A DNA stretch of 64,000 bases from a bacterium. GTDB taxonomy: Bacteria > Bacillota > Clostridia > Oscillospirales > CAG-272. Where the stretch lies: assembly GCA_963627065.1 (NCBI GenBank), contig CAVGAA010000004.1, positions 1,147 through 65,146 on the forward strand, read 5' to 3'. Of this stretch, positions 1 through 7,003 are shown one piece after another. Numbering within the stretch: position 1 is the first letter of the stretch; every line of letters starts with the position of its first letter. The notes below the pieces were generated by a model. The model ran no database searches and was not told where the DNA came from. It worked only from the letters and a program-made list of their open reading frames with translations. Position numbers and translations under genes: made by a program.

Positions 1-214
1 CAGTTCTATTTTCGCAACCGGCGGTTGCAGGCAAAAAGCCCATCACATAGCCGTTTTTATCCATTTCGACCGACTGTAAGCCGATTTTTTGCATAATCCC
101 GCAAAGATGAGAACCTAAAATTTTCTGCTTTTCGGTACTCGGAACAGTGTCGGAATGCTCGTTCGACTGTGTGTCATACGATATTAAGTCTAAGAATAAT
201 TCTAAAACATCCAT
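1..214 (-). CDS. pepT: Peptidase T (M20B tripeptide aminopeptidase), N-terminal ~71 codons only; the gene runs off the left edge
   Basis: Hand translation of the minus strand from ATG (214-212) gives MDVLELFLDLISYDTQSNEHSDTVPSTEKQKILGSHLCGIMQKIGLQSVEMDKNGYVMGFLPAT... This follows the PepT N-terminal pattern (DT.S...S...PST..Q..L...L......G......D..GYV.....A). It is absent from the ORF track because it is truncated. Confidence 0.55.
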   Translation of the reverse strand, partial: MDVLELFLDLISYDTQSNEHSDTVPSTEKQKILGSHLCGIMQKIGLQSVEMDKNGYVMGFLPATAGCENRT

Positions 215-222
215 AGGAAGCC

Positions 223-1458
223 TCAAAATGCCCAAGTGCCGTTCACGAAAATCGGAACTTTCTTGCCGTCTTTCGTAATGCCGTTGATTGTGAGGTCACG
301 TGTGCCGATCATAAAGTCGACATGGATCATCGATTCATTGATGCCCATTGCGTAAAGTTCCTTCTGCGTGTAATTTTCGTAATCCTTGATCACGTTCGTG
401 AACCCGTGTCCCAGTGCCAAATGGCAAGCCGCATTCTCGTCAAAGAGCGTGTTGTAGAAAAGTACGCCGGTCTGGTTGACGGGGCTTTCGAAAGGCACTA
501 ACGCACATTCGCCGAGATAGGATGCTCCCTCGTCCATTTGAATCATCTCGCGGAGCAGGTCTTCGCCCTTTTCGGCGTGTACCTCGACAACTTTTCCGCC
601 CTCAAAACGGACCGAGAAATTCTCAATCAGTTCGCCGTTGTAGGACAGCGGTTTCGAGGAATAGACAATGCCATCCGCATCGCCACGGCGGGGAGATGTG
701 AACACTTCTTCGGACGGCATATTCGGATTGTAGAACAAGCCCTTGTGACCGAGCAGTTCTTCCGCTCCGCCCATAAAGAGTGCATTGTCGAGCAGACCGA
801 CACGGAAATCCGTTCCGTTCGATGCCTTGTATTCAAGAGCCGTCAGACCGAGTCCGTTGATGTAATCGCAACGGGCGTGCAGATCGTTGTTGTGATCCTC
901 CCATGCCTTGACGGGATCGTTGTCCTCGCTTACACGGACGGTATAAAGAATCTTTTCCCAGAGCTTTTCAACGGCTTTTCCGCGACTCTCGGAGGGGAAA
1001 ACTTTCTTCGCCCAAGCAGAGCCCGGGATTGCCGCAATGCACCACTGGTACTTGTTTTCCATTTCCTCACGGTAGGGTTTGATGACCTTGAAACGAGCCT
1101 GAGCCGACTTCGCACGCTTTGCCTGATTGATGCCTTTCAGACCGTCCGGATCGTCCGATTCGAGATAAATGCGGACCGGCAGAGTCTTGACATAATGCTT
1201 CATTTTTTCGACTTCCCAGTCTTCGACCTTCGAGAGCGTTGACACCGAGCAAGCCTTCAAATTGACCTTGGAAAGCGGTTGATAGGTCCAGTCGACCGTG
1301 ACTTTGCGAGCCCCGAGGCGGTAGCATTCTTCGGCGACCATTTTGGCGAATTCGGGCTGTTCAACCGATGCCATGATGATGACGTCCTGCCCCTTTTGGA
1401 CTTTACCGCCCTCTGCGGCAATCAATTTTGCGTATTTTCTTAAAACCGTTTTTTTCAT
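223..1458 (-). CDS. pepS: Aminopeptidase, peptidase family M29 (AmpS/PepS type)
   Basis: 411-aa ORF. The N-terminus (KYAKLIAAEGGKVQKGQDVII) and the C-terminal metal-site-like motifs (ACHLALGHGF, IHVDFMIG) are typical of M29 aminopeptidases. A GAGGAG RBS lies 5 nt upstream of the ATG. Confidence 0.8.
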   Translation of the reverse strand: MKKTVLRKYAKLIAAEGGKVQKGQDVIIMASVEQPEFAKMVAEECYRLGARKVTVDWTYQPLSKVNLKACSVSTLSKVEDWEVEKMKHYVKTLPVRIYLESDDPDGLKGINQAKRAKSAQARFKVIKPYREEMENKYQWCIAAIPGSAWAKKVFPSESRGKAVEKLWEKILYTVRVSEDNDPVKAWEDHNNDLHARCDYINGLGLTALEYKASNGTDFRVGLLDNALFMGGAEELLGHKGLFYNPNMPSEEVFTSPRRGDADGIVYSSKPLSYNGELIENFSVRFEGGKVVEVHAEKGEDLLREMIQMDEGASYLGECALVPFESPVNQTGVLFYNTLFDENAACHLALGHGFTNVIKDYENYTQKELYAMGINESMIHVDFMIGTRDLTINGITKDGKKVPIFVNGTWAF

Positions 1459-1553
1459 AATAACTCCTCAACCGAATAATCGGCAATAAAATGATAGACA
1501 AGTCGGAACGGCACGGTCCGAAAGCAAAGCAGAGTCTGAATCGACTACAGAAC

Positions 1554-1632
1554 CGAGATGCCACTGCGACAGCGAGACGCCATTGCAGATATCGAAATGT
1601 CGTTGCAGACATCGAGATGCCGTTGCAGAATT
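1554..1632. repeat. Four head-to-tail degenerate 19-20-bp direct repeats in the predicted pepS leader
   Basis: The units are CGAGATGCCACTGCGACAG / CGAGACGCCATTGCAGATAT / CGAAATGTCGTTGCAGACAT / CGAGATGCCGTTGCAGAATT. They lie between the predicted pepS -10 box (1645-1650) and the pepS start codon (1458). Confidence 0.75.
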
Positions 1633-1644
1633 GCAAACAATTAT

Positions 1645-1673
1645 ATTATACCGCCAAAACCGAAAAATGTCAA
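1645..1673 (-). promoter_or_regulatory. Putative sigma-A promoter of pepS
   Basis: The minus strand reads TTGACA (1673-1668), a 17-nt spacer, then TATAAT (1650-1645). This sits about 190 nt upstream of the pepS ATG. Confidence 0.5.
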
Positions 1674-1950
1674 TAGAATTGCGAGAACTTTTTGAGAGAT
1701 GCAACGCCGGCAGAGTGCAATAAAGAGAGATGAAACACAAGGAGAAATAATAAAACATTAGAACGCAGTGACAACGGTGTGCAAGGGGTTCAAGTTCAAA
1801 GCACGGATTTATGTTGTCAACCATATAGGCAAATTACTTGCATATATTTTGGCTTTTTATATGCAAATTATTCCGATTATAGGCAAATGTTATCGTGTGC
1901 AAACGGTATCATAGGCAAATGCAGTTATCGATATTTGTCGGTTCATCATA

Positions 1951-1981
1951 TTGCACAATTTTAGACTCAGATTTTGTACAA
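1951..1981. promoter_or_regulatory. Inverted-repeat-like element TTGCACAA-N15-TTGTACAA upstream of the operon promoter
   Basis: TTGCACAA at 1951-1958 and TTGTACAA at 1974-1981, where the ideal partner would be TTGTGCAA. The same element with the same N15 spacing occurs at 47403-47433. Confidence 0.45.
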
Positions 1982-1986
1982 ATCGC

Positions 1987-2002
1987 AAAAAAAAAAAAAA
2001 AA
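1987..2002. repeat. Homopolymeric A16 tract, 13 nt upstream of the -35 box
   Basis: 16 consecutive A by my count. The count checks against the distance to the ATG at 2147. A twin A15 tract lies at 47440-47454. Confidence 0.85.
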
Positions 2003-2015
2003 TAGATGTAATATG

Positions 2016-2043
2016 TTGACTTCTCATAAATTTATGTTATAAT
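2016..2043 (+). promoter_or_regulatory. Putative sigma-A promoter of the ten-gene operon
   Basis: TTGACT (2016-2021), a 16-nt spacer, and an extended -10 of TGtTATAAT (2035-2043). It lies about 100 nt upstream of the first ATG (2147). Confidence 0.55.
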
Positions 2044-2146
2044 ATAACTATATAGGCATTTTTGTTGCACCGATTCGGGTTAGTTTCATATTTGATCGGA
2101 TTTATATTTTCTTTTTTCTTCATTTTGAAAACCGCAGGGAGGATTC

Positions 2147-4072
2147 ATGGACGTTTTTCTTTCGATTGACATCGGTTCTTATTCCACCAAAACCGCCTAT
2201 GCTTACAAATTCGGAGATTCTTACCGCTACGGTATGTTAAATATTGACGGCGGAATCGATTTTTGGTCGATTGCCTGCTACAATCCGGACACCTGCAAAT
2301 GGACTTTCGGCAAAAACGATATGCTACGCTCGGCGAAAACATCCTTTCGGTATATCGTACACATCAAAGAGTTGCTCGAACTTTTTAAAGACGGCACAAT
2401 CTCGTTGTACCGTCGCAAAAAACTGTTCAAAAATTTCTATTTTCCGCCGAAAGAAACGAATTCTTCCTATGAGGAAACGGTGAAGAATGGCGACTATTTT
2501 CAGGCGAAACAGACACCTCGCAAAGTTGTGGAACTGTTTTTGGAACATTACTGCTCCGCTATCAAAAAAGAGGCACTTGCAAGGTTGAAATCGGACGGAA
2601 TTGACATCGATACCTTACCTGTTCGTCTTTTGCCAATTGTCCTTTATCCATGCAATTCTTCACTTGATTTTATTTGCGAGTTGCAGTCACTCGTTGCAAA
2701 TGCTTTCGGTTGCGATGCGGAAAAAGTCCGTGTCATTTCCTCGACCAAAGCCGTTGCCGTTTCGGCAAAAGAGTTCGGCGTGGTTGATACGTCCGTGGAA
2801 AAGGCTTTGATTTTCAACATCGGCGAGGCAAAAACCTCGGTTGTGAAAGTGGCTTTTCAGGAGAAGAATATTTCGGCTTACGGGGCAGACGGACATCTGC
2901 CCCCCGATTCCATAGGCGGAAAAGATTTCGATTATGCTCTTTACGATGCTTTAATGTCCCATTCACGGAATATTCCGTCATTCGGCTCTACCGATGCCTC
3001 GGATCAGGGTGAGCGGGGTTCTTATTATGAGCAGTTCCGCATGATGAGCAATATCGGCTACTGCAAACGTTTTTTCGGTTATGAACCGAACGGACAGAGC
3101 AACGGAGTCGAATTCAAAATCGAGCGGGAAATGTCTGTCCCCGTTTCGATAACATCGGGTGAATTCCAAGCGATTGCGACACCGGTTTATGAGAAGATTT
3201 GGGATTATGTCAAGAAGGAACTCAACAATCGGGTGGCAGGTAAGAAAGTCAATTCCGATGTCGATGCGGTTCTTTTTGCAGGCGGAGCGTCGGACACTTA
3301 CGGACTTGACAAGTTTGTGGAGGAGAAATTAAAGCAGTACAACAAGAATATTCGCTTTTTGGATTTCAGTCCTGCGACAGACGGCGGTCCGGATTTTGTG
3401 CTGTGTCCATCGACCGATACCGCTCCCGTCGGTGCGGTTCTCTTCGCGGTCGGAAAATATCCGTTTGAGATTATCACGACACGGTCTTACGGGACGTGGG
3501 GCAGTCTTGAAAAAAACGGCAACGATCCGTGTCTGTACTATGCCCCTATCATTCGATACGGCAAACGGATTCCGTTGCAGGGAAAACCTCTCGAATTTGA
3601 AAAGTCGGAGTCTTTCAAAATCAGCCGTTGCCGTTACGATTTCGAAAAGCAGATTTGCTACAACTACGATGAATATTATTCGTTGGCAATCGATGACTCG
3701 CAGAGTGAGGATGTCGAACACGGTCCTGCAATTGCCAGAAAAATCGGCGAAGAAGTGGACGACGATGCACTCATGCGGGAAAACAAATATTCTTCTTTTG
3801 AACGAAAAAACGCAATTTCCAACTATGAACTGAAAGTTCTGACGGAAGGCTTTCGAATGGTATTTGAAAATGTAAATCCGAAAATGCTCCGAGAACGAAA
3901 CGGATTTTACTTTTTTGACGGAAAATTAGATATCAGGCAGGGCTTGAAAATTGATTGCGAGGGGCGTGCGATTCCGTTTGCCGAAAGCAACGGCAAAGAC
4001 GGTCCGCTCGGCGATATCGAAATTACCTTCCGTGCGGACGAGGGCAAAGACAAGGAAATAAAGATCAATTGA
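2147..4072 (+). CDS. Operon gene A: divergent Hsp70/actin-fold (ASKHA) ATPase with a non-canonical C-terminal domain
   Basis: 641 aa. It has a phosphate-1-like LSIDIGSYSTKTAY, a phosphate-2-like FNIGEAKTSVVKV, an adenosine-motif-like AVLFAGGASDTYGLDKFVEEKL and an NBD-end-like APVGAVLFAVG, in the same order and spacing as DnaK-type NBDs. A GGGAGG RBS precedes the ATG. Confidence 0.6.
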   Translation: MDVFLSIDIGSYSTKTAYAYKFGDSYRYGMLNIDGGIDFWSIACYNPDTCKWTFGKNDMLRSAKTSFRYIVHIKELLELFKDGTISLYRRKKLFKNFYFPPKETNSSYEETVKNGDYFQAKQTPRKVVELFLEHYCSAIKKEALARLKSDGIDIDTLPVRLLPIVLYPCNSSLDFICELQSLVANAFGCDAEKVRVISSTKAVAVSAKEFGVVDTSVEKALIFNIGEAKTSVVKVAFQEKNISAYGADGHLPPDSIGGKDFDYALYDALMSHSRNIPSFGSTDASDQGERGSYYEQFRMMSNIGYCKRFFGYEPNGQSNGVEFKIEREMSVPVSITSGEFQAIATPVYEKIWDYVKKELNNRVAGKKVNSDVDAVLFAGGASDTYGLDKFVEEKLKQYNKNIRFLDFSPATDGGPDFVLCPSTDTAPVGAVLFAVGKYPFEIITTRSYGTWGSLEKNGNDPCLYYAPIIRYGKRIPLQGKPLEFEKSESFKISRCRYDFEKQICYNYDEYYSLAIDDSQSEDVEHGPAIARKIGEEVDDDALMRENKYSSFERKNAISNYELKVLTEGFRMVFENVNPKMLRERNGFYFFDGKLDIRQGLKIDCEGRAIPFAESNGKDGPLGDIEITFRADEGKDKEIKIN

Positions 4073-4107
4073 CGGTTAACGTTTGAAATTTCGGAAATGA
4101 GGCTATT

Positions 4108-6981
4108 ATGCGTAAAGATTATAAAATCCTGTCGGATTCCACAACCAAATTTTCAAAAACGAGCAGTTCGGCTACGCCCGTTGCCCTGACGCCCGAAATT
4201 TTCGATGATATGAACCGTGTGGAAGATTTGAGCCGTTATGACGATTTTTCCAAACTCGAAATCGATGCCGGCGAATATCGGGAAAACGGTATGGGCTTCG
4301 GTATTCCCTTTAATCCGACCATTCACACGGACGGTGCCGTTTTGCGTATGCACCAAACCGAGGCGGCAAAAATCTTTTTGAGTGACCTGCGTGGATTCGG
4401 TTTGCTTGCCGACTGTGTCGGTAGCGGAAAAACCTATGAAGCCGGCATTGTCATGTCCGAACTTGCCTACCGCGGAAAAGTCAAAAATCTGCTCATTATC
4501 GTTCCGGACGAAAATCTGCGTTTGAAGTGGATTGATGTAATCGGGGACAGATTCGGTATGGGGAAAAAGACTTTGTCGACAAAAATCGACGTGTCGAAAG
4601 GCTTGGAGCAGATCACCTCCTCGAACGGGGCTGTTTCCGTACGCCCGAACGGGGCATTTATTCTGCTTTACGACGAATTTGCAAGACTCGAACAGAGCCA
4701 GATTAAATCCTATCTGTTTGATTTGATTGTCGTCGACGAGGCACACAACCTCTGCTCCAAAGACGATATGCACAACCGTTCCATGCATTATCTGTCCTTG
4801 CTCATGCAAACCAAACGCAATTTCAATGTCCCCTACTGTCTGCTTTTAACAGCGACACCGCATTCGGGAAATCTCGAATCGATGTTTCCGCTTTGGTACT
4901 TTATTCGTTGCAAAGGCGGTACGCCTGCCTGCTTTTCCAAAAAGGAAATTCCCTCGCCCGAAGAAAAAGACGAATATGACAAGGAACGCTCTCACTATCT
5001 CAATATCGTGTGCAAAGGTGCGAAAACCGTTGCGGAATATATCGAAAACGCAAAACAACAGCACCTGATCGGTACAAAGAATCTGACAACCGACTACCGT
5101 GCGGATTACCTGTCGGAATTCACCTATGACGGCAGAAAGTACCCTGCACTGAAATACGAAGATTATACGGCACTGACACACTACGAGCAGAAAAGCCGTT
5201 GCAGTGCTTATCTCGCCGAACACAGAGATGTGGAAAGCCAAATTCTGCACAAGGTGAAAGACTCCTATTCGAGCGAGGTTATGCGGTCGATTATGGTCCG
5301 CCGTCGCAACGATTTTTCGCAGGCTCGCATGGCACACAGTTATTTCTTTCTGCCGATTGAAAATACGGTTGCAAAGCCGTCCGCTTCGAGAAAATCCGAA
5401 AATTTCACGTTTGACGGCATCAATCTGAATGCAGAAGGCTTTTCTAAACTTTTCAATCAATACGGCGACAAACTCTTTGAAAATGAGCGATTCGTCAAAA
5501 AAGGATCTTCCGATTTCTATTTCAATCGATTTCAAAAAGTAGCCGACAACCCCGAAAACGATTTTATTCACATAGAAGAAGTCCCCTCAACGCTTGAGAA
5601 GGAGGAAGATGCGATCTTTACAAAGAAATGCGAAGAATTCGTCAAAATCGTTCGTGACGAGGCGAAAAGGAGTGCAGATTCTTCCCGTATGATCGTATTT
5701 TTCGACTACGATCTCCCCTGCAATTCGTCAAACGATGACGATAAAACATCATGGTACAGACTCGCCGATTATCTGACGGCATCCGGAAACCGTGACATTG
5801 CAGAGCGGATTATTCACGGTGATGTCGACCACATCGAAAATGCGATTTCCGCTTACAACGCCCGTGAAGATGCCATTCTCTTTGCCGAAGGTGTGAAATA
5901 TTCCGAGGGGCAGGATTTGCAGGTCGGTAATGTCATTGTCAATTTTGAAGTTCCGATAGATCCCCTCACGGTCGACCAAAGAATCGGACGTGTGTACCGA
6001 ATCGGGCAGTCGCTCGATGTCAATATCTATTCTTTTGCGACGATGAACGCCCTTGACGGCTATTGCCTTGCGTACTTTGTCGATATCGGAATTCTTTCCG
6101 ACCGCAACGGCGATGCCTCAATTCTTTCGGGGTGCAACAGTGAAAATATGAAAGCCCTGAAATGTCCCCGTTGTAACGATATTTCACTGGTCAACGAAAC
6201 CGATTATATGAATTTTATGCCGAACTGTCCGAACTGCTCGAAAAGGATGTTTCCGACGGTCAAACGGCTGGACGGCGGAAAAGAAAAAGATGTATTCCTC
6301 TGCCCGAACTGCAAAGCGGAACAAGATATACCGAAAGAAAACGGTCTGCGGTGCATCAAACATTACAACGGCGAGGAGTGCGGTACGGTCAGACAACCGA
6401 TTCTCTTTTCGGAATTCGTATGCGAGGCGAACCCACGCCACAAAATCAAGCGTTTTCGTGGGGATGACGGCGAATCGTTTTATGCCTGCCTTTCCGTTCA
6501 CCAAAATAAAATGGAATACAAACCGCTCGACACCGGTTGCAGAATCGGTTGCCCGAAATTCTGTGCGTTGAAAAACTGCAAAAAAATCGATCCGAAATGC
6601 AAAATTCGTGTCAATAACATCACGGACGAAAATGAGGCAAAAATCATTTGTGCATCCTGCCCCGAAAAGCAAAACTGCCTGTGTAATGTCAACAAGCCCG
6701 TGTCGGAATCCTGCTCGGCAGGAAAATGTCATCGGGATTACCCGACCTGCAATCCGAAACCCTATACCATTCGGTTCGATGCTAATTACGAAAACGGTGT
6801 TTGCCCAATCTGCAAAGAAACACGGAAAAAAACAAACTTTTTGCTCCCTGTCAAGAAGAACACTTTTGAAACCTATATCAAAGAACGTTACGACACCGAC
6901 ACGGATTTTTGTCGGAATTTCGATGCGGATGCCGTAAAAACGCTGGAAATCAAGGACATTTTGATGTTCGATGACAACTGA
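4108..6981 (+). CDS. Operon gene B: SNF2-family helicase/translocase with a ~280-aa cysteine-rich (multi zinc-ribbon-like) C-terminal tail
   Basis: 957 aa. Motif I is VGSGKTYEAG (GSGKT at 4420-4434) and motif Ia is LLIIVPDENLRLKW. Motif II is VVDEAHNL (DEAH at 4735-4746) and motif III is LLLTATPHSGNLESMFPLWYF. Motifs V-VI read EVPIDPLTVDQRIGRVYRIGQ. The tail holds about 25 Cys, including CPRC, CPNC (twice), CASC and CPIC. Confidence 0.8.
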   Translation: MRKDYKILSDSTTKFSKTSSSATPVALTPEIFDDMNRVEDLSRYDDFSKLEIDAGEYRENGMGFGIPFNPTIHTDGAVLRMHQTEAAKIFLSDLRGFGLLADCVGSGKTYEAGIVMSELAYRGKVKNLLIIVPDENLRLKWIDVIGDRFGMGKKTLSTKIDVSKGLEQITSSNGAVSVRPNGAFILLYDEFARLEQSQIKSYLFDLIVVDEAHNLCSKDDMHNRSMHYLSLLMQTKRNFNVPYCLLLTATPHSGNLESMFPLWYFIRCKGGTPACFSKKEIPSPEEKDEYDKERSHYLNIVCKGAKTVAEYIENAKQQHLIGTKNLTTDYRADYLSEFTYDGRKYPALKYEDYTALTHYEQKSRCSAYLAEHRDVESQILHKVKDSYSSEVMRSIMVRRRNDFSQARMAHSYFFLPIENTVAKPSASRKSENFTFDGINLNAEGFSKLFNQYGDKLFENERFVKKGSSDFYFNRFQKVADNPENDFIHIEEVPSTLEKEEDAIFTKKCEEFVKIVRDEAKRSADSSRMIVFFDYDLPCNSSNDDDKTSWYRLADYLTASGNRDIAERIIHGDVDHIENAISAYNAREDAILFAEGVKYSEGQDLQVGNVIVNFEVPIDPLTVDQRIGRVYRIGQSLDVNIYSFATMNALDGYCLAYFVDIGILSDRNGDASILSGCNSENMKALKCPRCNDISLVNETDYMNFMPNCPNCSKRMFPTVKRLDGGKEKDVFLCPNCKAEQDIPKENGLRCIKHYNGEECGTVRQPILFSEFVCEANPRHKIKRFRGDDGESFYACLSVHQNKMEYKPLDTGCRIGCPKFCALKNCKKIDPKCKIRVNNITDENEAKIICASCPEKQNCLCNVNKPVSESCSAGKCHRDYPTCNPKPYTIRFDANYENGVCPICKETRKKTNFLLPVKKNTFETYIKERYDTDTDFCRNFDADAVKTLEIKDILMFDDN

Positions 6982-7003
6982 CCGATACACAGTGAGGTAG
7001 TAT

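Larger units (their letters stand above)
1824..2061 (+). promoter_or_regulatory. Four copies of an 11-bp box, TATAGGCAAAT, upstream of and overlapping the operon promoter
   Basis: TATAGGCAAAT at 1824-1834 and 1878-1888, cATAGGCAAAT at 1910-1920, and TATAGGCAttT at 2051-2061. The last copy lies just downstream of the -10 box, around the predicted transcription start. Confidence 0.45.

Noticed and set aside
1554-1632. Possibility that the 20-bp tandem repeats, or the 17-18-nt repeats at 37310-37362, are a CRISPR array
   Set aside because: The repeats are directly adjacent with no spacers. They are degenerate, there are only 3-4 units, and no cas genes are present. I saw no CRISPR array anywhere in the window.
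1987-2002. The A16 and A15 tracts (also 47440-47454) as sequencing artefacts or as classical phase-variation switches
   Set aside because: Two independent occurrences share the same promoter context, which argues against an artefact. They lie upstream of the -35 box rather than in the spacer or a coding region. An on/off switch is therefore not demonstrated, and only the modulatory possibility is retained under the shared-cassette finding.
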